DNA of 49,166 nt from Callorhinchus milii (GCF_018977255.1 NW_024705389.1:1-49166), one strand, 5' to 3'; shown: positions 12,129 through 23,320, numbered from the stretch's first letter. The notes: generated from the letters alone by a model not told the origin. Made by a program: numbers and translations.

Positions 12129-12495
12129 GTAAAAACAAAGTTTTTCACTATAAATCCTTTATATGCGTGTTCAATGGGCCACAACCCAGCCCACATTGGT
12201 CTTTGAAACGGGCGGCTAGAGTCCTCTCGTCCTCTGGCTTGAGATGGCTGCCACCTATGGGTCAGATGATTGCCTGCCACCATTAAGCAATTGGTAATTA
12301 AATATAATTTTTTTACCTAAAAAGTGTAAAATTTTGGAAAAAAATGTCACGAAAATAAATTGTCACGCACAACGAGTCTGTGTGCAAAATGTCAGCTCGA
12401 TTGGATCACGGGAAGTGGGTTAAAAAACGACCGAAAGATTTGCACGGTCGTAAGCGCGCAAGCAAGCAAGTGAACTTAATATAAAGGATTTAAAA
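12129..12495 (-). mobile_element. Helentron-associated (HINE/DINE-like) non-autonomous element
   Basis: 14-bp sub-terminal inverted repeat TAAATCCTTTATAT (12151-12164 / 12479-12492), a stem-loop GTAAAAAC-AAA-GTTTTTCAC just outside one repeat, a T-run at the other end, and a short (GCAA)n tract next to the sub-TIR. Confidence 0.5.
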
Positions 12496-12744
12496 ATAAA
12501 TAATAATGAATATGAAGCCTGAGGCCGAGGTGTATGGCAGGCCTAACGGCCAGGCCTCCCTTCTGTCCTCGTCGCAGGAATGGCGACATCAAAGACAGCA
12601 CAAAGCAAGGGGGCAAATGTTTAATTTCTGTAGCGTAATTTAGACTAATTAGAGACTACAAACACTATGTACACGATGTACACACAGCTACACAACGCGC
12701 ACACACACTCGCCACACTTTCTCGACAAAACACGAACTGCACCC

Positions 12745-13256
12745 TCTCACTCACTCTGCCACACACTCACTCTGCCACACTCTCTTTCTCACTAACTCAC
12801 TGTCTCTCACTAACTCTCTCTTTCTCACTAACTCACTGTCTCTCACGAACTCACTGTCTCATTCTATCACACTCACTGACTCACTCTGTCACTCTCACTC
12901 ATCTCTAACTCACTTATTCACATCACACCCTCACTCAATCTCTCATTCACTTATTCACTCACACCCACTCACTCAAACTCTCATCCACTTACTCACACCA
13001 CTCACTCAATCTCTCACCCACTCGCTAATCTCTCACCCACTCACCCATTCACTCAATCTCTCACCCATCACTCATCCACCCCACCCACTCACTCAATCTC
13101 TCACCCACTCACTCAATCTCTCACCCACTCACCCACTCACTCACTCAATCTCTCACCCACTCACTCAATCTCTCACCCACTCACCCACTCACTCACTCAA
13201 TCTCTCACCCACTCACCCACTCACTCAATCTCTCACCCACTCACCCATTCACTCAC
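12745..13256. repeat. CTCA-rich minisatellite (CACTCAATCTCTCACCCACT variants)
   Basis: Visible tandem units of 20-24 bp. Confidence 0.9.
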
Positions 13257-13490
13257 CCTCGCTGTGTAGACCACGGAGTCTGAAGTCGAACCCAGGGCCC
13301 TGCTGTTTCCGGTCCCGCGCACAACCAGCACTGCACCACGTGATGCGCCAGTCGGGATCGTGGGGGGCGGAGCCTCGCGCTAGTGACGTCACCTCTGTTA
13401 CGTCACAGCCACGCCTCCACCCACAGTGGAGAGGAATGCACACGAGGGAGCAGCAGAAGAAGCCTTTTGAGAGCAAATCCGCAACGAGGT
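13257..13490. promoter_or_regulatory. Candidate bidirectional CpG-rich promoter
   Basis: ETS-like TTCCGG (~13307), E-box CACGTG (13337), GC box GGGGCGG (13364), CRE TGACGTCA (13384) plus a second TTACGTCA. Outward-facing splice donors: GTGAGT (minus, 13256) and GTGAGC (plus, 13489). Confidence 0.45.
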
Positions 13491-13739
13491 GAGCGACCCT
13501 GTTGACGATGAATGTGGTTTCTTTTTATTTTACATTTTTACCACAAGCTTCATTATTTTTTATGTTTATATGTAGATTTTCTGCAATCAAATTAGAACTG
13601 TTAGATGGGTTACTTGGCATGCCCTGAAATGTTGCTGTTACTGTCGTTGTTTAGACCCCAGGCGAGTCAGCATTTAAGACGAGCATAACTAACCCGTTTA
13701 AATCTCATAGAATATGAATAACATGTCTACAATTATTGT

Positions 13740-13915
13740 TTCTAGATTTGAATCTTTCGTGACTGCAAGGATTCATACTCTTAGGTTTTTTCGGTAAAGT
13801 CACATAGGAGATGTATTATATTATTATGTTATTATTTTATTATATTATTATTATATTATTATTATTTTATTATTATTTATTTTTACCTACGTGACTTTAC
13901 CAAACAAACTAAGAG
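13740..13915 (-). mobile_element. Miniature Penelope-like foldback insertion without hammerhead
   Basis: 12-bp TSD TACAATTATTGT (13728-13739, 13916-13927). Same 3' tail and inverted subterminal copy as 9236-9472, with a (TAT)n centre. Confidence 0.85.
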
Positions 13916-14062
13916 TACAATTATTGTGTTCTGATTGCTGGTACAATTGTGCCCTACATTACATGTATTGAATGAGCCGCTGCCATAGTTGCCTCCAATC
14001 TGTGATGACACAGCCACATGGGTGGTACCTCTGACATCAAGTGACCTACGACGTCATGCTCC

Positions 14063-14835
14063 TGTAGTGGTGGTATTGACGTGCGCCGGCAGTGAGGGAT
14101 CACGGGGCGCGGGGTTGGGAACGCAGTGTGGGCGTGGCATGGACGCGCGCGCCGGTGGTGAGGCGCGCTCACACAAGCTGGGAAGAGAGGATCGTAGCGA
14201 GTGCGCAGTGATTGGTCAGAGAAGTGGGTACTCTCAGCGACGTCCGCAGGAGGGGTATAAAGGGGGACGCGCGAGAGCACTCGTGGTCAGTGTTAACCAG
14301 TTGAAGACCGAAGACGGGGTGGAGGAGATAGGGGCCCTGTGTGGCTCGGAGCCGAGACTGGGGGGACCGTAGTCCGACGCCCGTGTGGGTCGGGACGGTG
14401 GTACCCAGAGCCGAGACGGGCACCCCGGCTGGGTGTGTCCCGGACGGCAACGGGGCGTAAGAGCCCGTGTCAGTACAGCTGAGTGGGTGTTAGTCGCCCG
14501 TGTAGCTGAGTGGGTGTTAGTCACCCGAGTAGCTGAGTGGGTGTAGTCACCCGTGTAGCTGAGTGGGTGTGGGTCACCCGTGTAGCTAAGTGGGTGTTGG
14601 TCACCCGTGTACGAAGTCGTAGCTGAGTGGGTGTGTCACCCGTGTAGCTAAGTGGGTGTTGGTCACCCGTGTAACGAAGTCGTAGCTGAGTGGGTGTCCG
14701 TCACCCGTGTAGCTAAGTGGGTGTTGGTCACCCGTGTAACGAAGTAGGGTGTTAGTCATCCGTGTAACTACAAGTTGGTGAAAATAAAGAGTGTGCTACC
14801 CGTGAAGTCGTCTCCTGCCGAGTTACTACTTTACA
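14063..14835 (+). repeat. 5' LTR (773 bp)
   Basis: TGTAGTGG...CTTTACA; ATTGG at 14211, TATAAA at 14256, 27-bp tandem array ~14477-14765, AATAAA at 14783. Confidence 0.97.
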
Positions 14836-14837
14836 AC

Positions 14838-14850
14838 TGGCGTCAGAAGT
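14838..14850 (+). promoter_or_regulatory. Primer-binding site, tRNA-Leu-like
   Basis: TGGCGTCAGAAGT starts 2 nt after the LTR and matches the complement of the tRNA-Leu 3' end (TGGTGTCAGAAGT) with one mismatch. Confidence 0.75.
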
Positions 14851-14870
14851 AAACCTGTCTTCAAGGAGAA

Positions 14871-17800
14871 ATGGACACAAGGAAGACTTCTCGTTCCCAC
14901 GTGCAAGACCGGGGAGACGACGACGTACCGGTGACACCACCCTCGGGAGGAGAGGACGAGGAGTTGCCGCCGATGCAGCACTTCGCGGAAATGGCCGATG
15001 CTCCGCCCGCCTCCGACACCAGCCTGCAGGACGCACATTCCCGCCTGGCGGAGTTGCTGCTCGCCGCCGCTGCAATCTTGGCGGAGATCTCCGTTCCAGC
15101 GGCCGGAGGAACGCCTGCGGGGTTGGAAGAGGCGGCGCGGCTGGAGGGTTCCCGCCATACGGCGTTTCGCGCCAAAAGTTTGGGAGTTGGCGCCATTTTT
15201 GAGGGCCCGACTCCGCTTGGCGGGAAACGAGGACACCACGTGGCCAGAGGTCTCCACACAGCGCAGCCCGCGTCATCGGCGAGCGCCGGAGCTCTCCATT
15301 TTGCGCCTGCAGAGGGAGCCGACATTTTCTACAACCACAGCGGCGCGCGGGAAAATCGCTCCAACGACGACGACGACGATCGAGTTCTCCAGCAACGATT
15401 GCCCGCGCTGTCGGTGTTCAAGGCGGACGGGGGCGACTGGGGAGCCTTCCAGCGACGGTTCATCGCGCATCAAGAAATGTCGGGGTGGTCCGACACCACT
15501 GCCCTGCGCGCGCTGCCAGCGATGCTCGACGACGACGCGCTTGCGGCCTTCACGTCTGCCCCGAGGTCGTCCCGCTCAACGCTCCAGGCCGCGCTGCACC
15601 TGTTGGCCAAGGTGTTCGGGCCGCCCTCGACCTGTCGCCACCAGTTCTACGATCGGCGGAAGGTGGTTGGAGAAACAACGCTCGCCTATCGCACGGCGCT
15701 GCTCGCCCTGGCAGATTCAGCTTTTCCCCGTATGGACAAGGAGGGGAAGGACGCCATGGTGACGGAGCAGCTGCTGGCGCTGGCTCACGGATTGGGAGTT
15801 CCCATTAATACGGCGGACGAGATGGACATCTGCTCCCTGGGGATTGCCACGAGTATCCACGCTTACGAGGTCCTACAGCGGAAGCCGACGGTCGTCTGCG
15901 CATCGGTGGAGAACGGGGCACCGGCCGCCACGATCATCGGACCTCAGCCTGCTGTGCCTCGGGAGGAGGCCTTCGCGGTTCGAGGCCGGGGGAGTGGAGA
16001 ACGGGCGGTCGTTCGCCCACACGCTCCTCCCGCAAGCTGGAGCAACCGAAACCCACGACGTCCCTCGTCGTCTGCTACAACTGCGGCCTTCGGGGCCACG
16101 TCGCGTCGGGTGCCGGGCCCCGCGTCAACGCACCGCGGGACCACGTCCGGACGACGACCAGGGACTCAAGACATCCCAACTGAACCCGGCAAGTCGCGGC
16201 ACCTCACACGTTCGGTCCACAAGCACGGCACATTCGGGTCGCCGCTTAGCGGTGGGGGGACCGGTATGGGCGCCGGGGGTTCGGTTCGGCGAGAGGGGTC
16301 CGCGTACGGCCCGAAGGCAGTCGAGTGGTCCGAATTAGCCCACAGGATTGTGGCTGCGTCGGCCGGGTCGTCCGTGGTAACGGGGTACATTGACGGGGTT
16401 GAGGTCCGGGTGCTCGTGGACACGGGTGCGTCGGCCACTATTATTTCGGACCTGATTTATAATATTCTTCCCGTACAATGTCGACCACTTCTGCCGGTGG
16501 ACGTACCGTTTTACGCGGCAAACGGGGGATCTTTGGGAATCATCGGCCAGATTCGGGCGAATATTTGTATTGGCGACATTAAATTGGCGGGTCCTATTTT
16601 TGTATCATCATCGTTGGCCGTTCCTTGTTTACTAGGCACGGACTTTCTGTCTAAGATGCCCATAAAAATTCTCATAGACCAGGCCTGCATTGAGCTTCCA
16701 TCGGGTCGGCGGGTTGAGTTTTTGAAGAGTCCAAATAAGATACGCACGGCTTGTGCGACGGTGCAGGCGCTGGCAACCCGGACTGTACGGGTGCCCCCGG
16801 GATCGCAAATGTTGGTGCCCCTTCGGTTGAGAAAACCCCTTGGGGCGGATGCGGGGGCGCAGGGAGTTCTATTGGGGCCGTCTAACAGGGCTAAAGGGGA
16901 CCTCGACTTAGCGGTGGCCCAGACCATGGTGAGGGGGGACAGTGAGCCGTTCGTTGTGGTCCTGAATACGGGGTCGCGGCCGGCCGTGATTACGCAGGGA
17001 ACGGTGCTCGCTCACGCCGCGCCGCTGCCCGTCGAGGAACAGCTCGTTGCTCACGCCGATTCGCATGTCGATACGCATCCCCAAAGTGAGGAGGGGACGG
17101 AGTGGTTGGACTCGTTGTGTGCCGGGTCCAGTACCTTGTCCAGTGTGCAGAGGGGTGCATTGAGGGGCTTGCTGCTCGAGTTCGCTGACGTGTTTAGCAG
17201 GCACAAGTACGACATTGGCTGCACAGACCTGTTGCGCCACCACATAGAGACTGGGGATGCGGCCCCTATTCGACAGAATCCCTTCCGGCTCAGTCCAGCC
17301 GAGAAGGAGCATGTGCAGTCAGCAGTAAATGACATGTTGGCGGCCGACATCATTGCGCCCTCTTCCAGTCCGTGGGGTGCTCCTATCGTCTTGGTTAAAA
17401 AACAGGATGGATCCCTGCGGTTCTGTGTTGATTTCCGCCGCCTAAACAAAATATCAATGGCCGATGCGTATCCGCTCCCCAGGATGGATGAGTCGCTGGA
17501 TGCCTTGGCAGGAGCACAGTTTTTTTCGACGCTCGATTTGCTTTCGGGATTTTGGCAATTGCCCCTCGATGACGAATCAAAACCTAAAACCGCTTTCCGG
17601 ACACCGGGAGGCCTATTTGAGTTCAACCGATTGCCCATGGGTTTACATTCCGCTCCTGCCACGTTCCAGAGGCTCATGGAATTGGTTTTGTCAGGCCTTC
17701 AATGGGACACCTGTTTGATTTACCTCGACGATATCATCGTTTTCAGCCGAACTTTTGAGGAGCACCTCCAGCGACTGAGGGCAGTGTTTCTCAGGATGCG

Positions 17801-17969
17801 TTCCGCGAAGCTTAAATTTAAACCGGCTAAATGTTTTCTGCTTCGGGAATCGGTCAGGTATTTGGGCCATATCGTTAGCCGTTCGGGGATCTCGACGGAC
17901 CCTGCTAAGACGAATGCGTCGGCTCATGGCCAACACCGACCTCTGTTACTGAAGTCCGCAGCTTCATAG
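14871..17969 (+). CDS. gag-pol: Gypsy gag-protease-reverse transcriptase (internal frameshifts)
   Basis: Gag capsid-like region (F..DGGDW.AF..RF), protease VLVDTGAS, RT motifs SPWGAPIVLVKK, RFCVDFRRLN, LDLLSGFWQ, PMGL and YLDD. Frameshift near 17912. Confidence 0.93.
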   Translation: MDTRKTSRSHVQDRGDDDVPVTPPSGGEDEELPPMQHFAEMADAPPASDTSLQDAHSRLAELLLAAAAILAEISVPAAGGTPAGLEEAARLEGSRHTAFRAKSLGVGAIFEGPTPLGGKRGHHVARGLHTAQPASSASAGALHFAPAEGADIFYNHSGARENRSNDDDDDRVLQQRLPALSVFKADGGDWGAFQRRFIAHQEMSGWSDTTALRALPAMLDDDALAAFTSAPRSSRSTLQAALHLLAKVFGPPSTCRHQFYDRRKVVGETTLAYRTALLALADSAFPRMDKEGKDAMVTEQLLALAHGLGVPINTADEMDICSLGIATSIHAYEVLQRKPTVVCASVENGAPAATIIGPQPAVPREEAFAVRGRGSGERAVVRPHAPPASWSNRNPRRPSSSATTAAFGATSRRVPGPASTHRGTTSGRRPGTQDIPTEPGKSRHLTRSVHKHGTFGSPLSGGGTGMGAGGSVRREGSAYGPKAVEWSELAHRIVAASAGSSVVTGYIDGVEVRVLVDTGASATIISDLIYNILPVQCRPLLPVDVPFYAANGGSLGIIGQIRANICIGDIKLAGPIFVSSSLAVPCLLGTDFLSKMPIKILIDQACIELPSGRRVEFLKSPNKIRTACATVQALATRTVRVPPGSQMLVPLRLRKPLGADAGAQGVLLGPSNRAKGDLDLAVAQTMVRGDSEPFVVVLNTGSRPAVITQGTVLAHAAPLPVEEQLVAHADSHVDTHPQSEEGTEWLDSLCAGSSTLSSVQRGALRGLLLEFADVFSRHKYDIGCTDLLRHHIETGDAAPIRQNPFRLSPAEKEHVQSAVNDMLAADIIAPSSSPWGAPIVLVKKQDGSLRFCVDFRRLNKISMADAYPLPRMDESLDALAGAQFFSTLDLLSGFWQLPLDDESKPKTAFRTPGGLFEFNRLPMGLHSAPATFQRLMELVLSGLQWDTCLIYLDDIIVFSRTFEEHLQRLRAVFLRMRSAKLKFKPAKCFLLRESVRYLGHIVSRSGISTDPAKTNASAHGQHRPLLLKSAAS

Positions 17970-19917
17970 GATTTGCCTCCTATTACCGTCGTTTTGTCAA
18001 ACAGTTTGCCACCATAGCCAGGCCCCTGCACGCCTTGACGGCTAAAGGGGTGCGGTTTCACTGGGGGCCGGAGGAGGAGGCCGCGTTCTGCTCCCTTCGT
18101 GACGCCTTGGTGCAGGCTCCCCCCTTGTGTTACCCCGATTTCACGCAACCGTTTGTGCTCGACACGGATGCCAGTAACACGGGTATCGGGGGAGTGCTCT
18201 CACAGGTGGTCGGGGGGTCGAACGGGTGGTCGCCTACGGTAGCAGGGTTCTGTCCCCCGCGGAACAACGCTACTGTGTGACACGGCGTGAATTGCTGGCG
18301 ATCGTGTTTTTTATACAGCAATTCAGGCCGTATCTGTATGGCCGTCACTTTACGGTTCGCACGGACCATGCGGCTCTCCAATACGCTATGCGGGTGGCGC
18401 AGCCATCCGGCCAATTGTCCCGATGGTTGGAGGTCCTTCAGGACTACCAATTCACGACGATTTACCGCAAGGGGTTGCGCCACTCGAATGCGGATGCATT
18501 GTCACGGTTGCCGACGCGTACGGAATGCGCATGTCAGTTGGGATCGGCGCGGTGTAAACCTTCTGTCGATGTTCCCGCGGAAGTGGTGCTAGCCGCCACG
18601 GATACGACGGGGGTCGACGCCCCCACGGGGAGGGACTCGCTGTTAGCATTGCCTCTCATCGAGTGGGGCCGTCTGCAAATGGCCGACAGCTCCCTACTCG
18701 CGCTACGTCGGAAGGTTAACGTTCCCGAGGGCGGGGAAACGCGGGTCGGTTCCTGGGTGTGCAGACAGGGCCTCTTGATGAAGTGGGACTCCATGTCCCG
18801 GCGTCACGTGCTTGTGGTGCCGGTTGCTGTACGGGGTAAAGTCGTCCTGGCTGCCCATGAACGACTCATGCACCTGGGGTTTCACAAAACGCTCGCCCTC
18901 ATTCAGCGAGACTACTATTGGCCTGGGATGGGCAGTGACGTGGCGAACATTCTTAAGGGGTGTGTAGGGTGCGCTAAAAGAAAACCGCCACCAATAGCGG
19001 CTAATCCACCGCTTCAATCCATTCAAGTTTCGCGCACGAACGAATTGGTCGCGCTAGACATCTTGGGGCCCTTTCCCACCACACCTCGGGGAAATAAGTT
19101 CCTGCTGGTTGGCGTAGAGTACTTCACCCGCTGGCCCATGGCGTGGCCACTCGCCAACCAGTCGGCTGCGGCAGTGGCGGACGCCTTTGTCCAAGGTTAC
19201 GTTTTGGACAAAGGCGCCCCCGAACGCTTGCTCACGGATCAAGGGAAAAACTTTTCGAGTGTTTTGTTGCGCGAGGTGTGCGACCTGTTGGGTACAAAGA
19301 AAGTACGTACCTCCCCGTACCACCCGCAGACTGACGGTATGGTTGAACGTCTGAACAGGACGATTACGTCTATGCTGTGCCAACAGGTATGCGACGACCA
19401 GGTGGATTGGGACTTACAGGTACCGGGGGTACTAGCGGCCTATCGGATGGCACCCCATGCGGCGACGGGGTTTTCTCCATTTTTTCTGATGTATGGGCGG
19501 GAGGCTGATCCGGCCATGGACGTCCAACTGGGGATTTCACAGCCACGTGCAAAATCTAAATTGGCAGACCACATTAAGTTTAACATCGCCAAATTGGCTG
19601 AGGCGCGAGAGGCTGCGAGATTGAATTCACGCTCTCGGCAGATCGCGAACGAGCGATTGCATGAACGGAAGGTGCATACGCACAATTGGGAACCGGGCGA
19701 TAAGGCCTGGCTGCATTGTCCACACGCACCGTTGGCTACGTCCCCCAAACTGTTGAGACCATGGAGGGGACCGGTGGAAATTGTGCGGGTTGCACGACCC
19801 CAGAGTATACAGATTAAATGGGGAAAACGCCGTTGGTACGTGCACCCCTCCCGACTGAAACCCTACGCGGCGCCGCGTGACCCCGGGTTGTGCCGTGACG
19901 ACCGAGCGTGGATGTGA
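17915..19917 (+). CDS. pol: Gypsy RNase H and integrase (frameshift near 18215)
   Basis: FVLDTDAS, ELLAIV, TDH and NADALSR (RNase H); H..H..C..C zinc finger, LDILGP, TDQG, YHPQTDGMVER (DDE) and a GPY/F-like PWRGP. Confidence 0.93.
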
Positions 19918-20508
19918 CCGTCGACTCGGGGAGGGATGTGTCGCAGGCTGATCCTCACGTGTCTCCACCTGACCCACCCCCAGGTGTCTCGGACCTGACG
20001 GCTGTTGACCGTCGGGAACCGGAACCCCGGGCTCGCACGGAGCCCCGATGCCTGGCCCATGCCTCCTGAACTGCCGGCGCTGCCGGATGGCCAACTGCGT
20101 CCTGTGCCGTACGACGGTCCGGCAAGGCGGACTCGATCAAGGACGCAACACTTTTCATGAAAAAAAAAAAAAAATATATTCTTTTTTTGTTAAAGCCCGA
20201 CTTCGTTGCCGGCTTCCCCCTCTGCCGGGGTAATGTCCCGTTCAAGGGACGCTCGGACATTGGGACATTGCATGAGTCGGAGAGAAAAGAAGAGAAAATG
20301 ATTAAAGAAATTTTTTTTATTGTTACTCTTTCCGCATACACAGTATCGTTGCCACTCGCCGGATTGTGCATGTTGTTCTTGTTGCGGGTGGGGCGGTTGC
20401 TGGGTTTTGCGGATTGCGGTGTTCATGTTGTGTTATGTTACGGGGCACACATGGGAGTGAAGGGGTGTTGTATGGTTTATTAGCAGCCGGGTCGGCTGCG
20501 AGCTATGT

Positions 20509-20520
20509 GGTAGGGGGTGA
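20509..20520 (+). promoter_or_regulatory. Polypurine tract
   Basis: GGTAGGGGGTGA immediately before the 3' LTR. Confidence 0.75.
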
Positions 20521-21294
20521 TGTAGTGGTGGTATTGACGTGCGCCGGCAGTGAGGGATCACGGGGCGCGGGGTTGGGAACGCAGTGTGGGCGTGGCATGG
20601 ACGCGCGCGCCGGTGGTGAGGCGCGCTCACACAAGCTGGGAAGAGAGGATCGTAGCGAGTGCGCAGTGATTGGTCAGATAAGTGGGTACTCTCAGCGACG
20701 TCCGCAGGAGGGGTATAAAGGGGGACGCGCGAGAGCACTCGTGGTCAGTGTTAACCAGTTGAAGACCGAAGACGGGGTGGAGGAGATAGGGGCCCTGTGT
20801 GGCTCGGAGCCGAGACTGGGGGACCGTAGTCCGACGCCCGTGTGGGTCGGGACGGTGGTACCCAGAGCCGAGACGGGCACCCCGGCTGGGTGTGTCCCGG
20901 ACGGCAACGGGGCGTAAGAGCCCGTGTCAGTACAGCTGAGTGGGTGTTAGTCGCCCGTGTAGCTGAGTGGGTGTTAGTCACCCGTGTAGCTGAGTGGGTG
21001 TTAGTCACCCGTGTAGCTGAGTGGGTGTGGGTCACCCGTGTAGCTGAGTGGGTGTTGGTCACCCGTGTACGAAGTCGTAGCTGAGTGGGTGTCGTCACCC
21101 GTGTAGCTAAGTGGGTGTTGGTCACCCGTGTAACGAAGTCGTAGCTGAGTGGGTGTCCGTCACCCGTGTAGCTAAGTGGGTGTTGGTCACCCGTGTAACG
21201 AAGTAGGGTGTTAGTCATCCGTGTAACTACAAGTTGGTGAAAATAAAGAGTGTGCTACCCGTGAAGTCGTCTCCTGCCGAGTTACTACTTTACA
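20521..21294 (+). repeat. 3' LTR (774 bp)
   Basis: Differs from the 5' LTR at only a handful of positions by eye. Confidence 0.97.
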
Positions 21295-23003
21295 TATAGG
21301 CTAGCAACAGTAGTAGTGTGTATTATCCCGATGGTGCTCGTTAAATAAAATAAGTGCCTCCAAGTCTTACTGTCTCCGAGTTGAGTCACGACATATGCAA
21401 AGAAAATCTCATCAGCATTTTCTGAATACATGCATTGTGGTCCTCTTCGCCTGAGGAAATTTCAAATCAACATTATCTGTGCCTCTACTTCTCAAACATT
21501 TTATTTTATTTGAATTGTCATCATCATTTGCAAATATTTTAATTATTGGTTCCTCCAAACTCCTAATTATTCCCTGATGCCATACATTTCTGTCCTATCT
21601 ATCATTCTTCTGCTTTGCTCAAACTCCAATATTCTGATGAACATAACAATATGGCATTGGGACAATCTGTTCCGTCAGTATATAGTTTTCGTTTTCATTT
21701 GAATGTCTTTGAATTTTAGTTTTGACGACCTTTTTCCAATGTATATGTTATCCAGCTCTTTTTTGTACTCCAACCCCTTCATCATAATGTCCAGCGTGTA
21801 ACTACTGTGATCGAAAACCTTTTTTTCTCATATATATTGTTATTATTCCCGTTTACCCAGGAAAACATAATTGAGTCTAAAGATTATTTTAATGAGGGTC
21901 CTGATAAGTATTGACAATAGTCAGGGGCAATGTTGCTGCTGTTATGTAACCCGAATTGAGTGATGTGCAGGTACGTTTTCAGCATTTCCATATTTTGTCC
22001 AACAACATTTATATTTTCTGGGGCTTTTCGCTGTGGTCGAAAAACCCATGGCGAGCAGGGAAACAGAATAAAGCTCCACGTAGTCACGCTCACTCACCCT
22101 CATGCAGAACAAGGTGAAAACATGCCAACTTCACCTAAAATGGCACCCGAGTCTGGAATGGATTCAGGACTCTTTCTAGTGCACCACTCTACCTCCCAAA
22201 GAAAATATTATTTATTTATTTCGGTCAATATGTGGTGTTGACCTCGGATGCACCTCATGTATCTCCTGAACCCCATAAATCCGGTGCGTTGGATTGTTGC
22301 AGCCAACTGGCTGAGAACCCGTTCCTTCAACAAAGTGCGGGCTTGCGTGAGGCACTATGAGATTCCAGAGAGATGACTGGGCATGGACAGAGGCTGTCGC
22401 GAGACTCTGCGATGCGATTATGTGAAGGGTTTCAGTTTGGTGCGTCTCTCAGATTCAGAATCTCCATTTAAACTAGAGGAATCAAATGAGATATGAAGCT
22501 CTTGTTCACAGATGTCTCATAGATGCGGGTTAGCATGTTTAAACAAGGAATACAACAATGATAGGAGTGCAAAATAGAGAAAAGGAAAGCAGGTCACTAA
22601 AAATGAATATAAAAAGTTATCTGCCGATTGTCAACGCCAAATGCAAACTTGAGGAAGGCAGCAAAACATCAACAAAAAACAGTCCCAGACCACACCAAGA
22701 CTTCAAGCAGTCGCTTAATTAAATTTTCTGACCTGTGTGGTTCAGTTGATTTTCTGACGTTGCTGCTTCCTACATTGTATTCTACTGCAGTCTAAGTGTT
22801 GATTGCAGCTATTGGGTCCTTTGTCGGGGATTTACGTTTGTTTTTATCGAGTTGTTCATTCAATGCACTGTCGGGGCTTCTTGTTCCTGTAGAGTTCAGG
22901 GTTTGCCACGTCGCTCAGCTTTTGAAGGGCATAGAAAGCGATCGTCAACTTACCCCCATGGTAAATTTGTCCATGGCGAACCCGCGCTTACCAATCCGCA
23001 ACT
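21295..23003 (+). repeat. Segmental duplication copy A (begins with the 3' 99 bp of LTR family B)
   Basis: Nearly identical to 29234-31262 (identical ORFs 21960-22241 / 30188-30469). Lacks ~30 bp at ~22612. Confidence 0.95.
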
Positions 23004-23229
23004 GAACATTTGTGAAAAGGAGCTTCATAGTTCATTGGATTTCATCAGCATGAATGAAAATTAGCATTATAATTCTGGATGGCCCTGGGTAGTGCTATCA
23101 CGGCTGCCACCACCACTTGTAATGAAGCACGCTGAGTGGCTCTCCTTTTTTCGTGTGTGAGTGTGCAATATTTATCTTTCTATTTCACCTCGACGCAAAA
23201 TTATTCGTATTTTTTTTCTGTAGGCCCAG

Positions 23230-23320
23230 ATGTCTCTGAGTAAGGAAGAACGAGTCCAAGTAATTATACTCATAGGAAATCGGAGTCAGAGGACAGAATG
23301 CATCCACACCACGAGCCAAA
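23230..23320 (+). pseudogene. Possible Tc1/mariner transposase N-terminal remnant
   Basis: MSLSKEERVQVIILIGNRSQR...HP resembles a mariner-type first helix; very short and degraded. Confidence 0.25.

Larger units (their letters stand above)
14063..21294 (+). mobile_element. Full-length Ty3/Gypsy LTR retrotransposon (~7.2 kb)
   Basis: Two near-identical TG...CA LTRs, primer-binding site, polypurine tract, and gag-PR-RT-RH-IN order. Flanks do not match (GCTCC vs TATAG). Confidence 0.97.

Noticed and set aside
14477..14765. CRISPR-like appearance of the LTR array and the MULE palindromes
   Set aside because: No unique spacers, no cas genes, eukaryotic transposon context.
19918..20508. Possible env or extra ORF in the Gypsy 3' region
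   Set aside because: Only short ORFs through A/T runs; no signal peptide, furin site or long frame.
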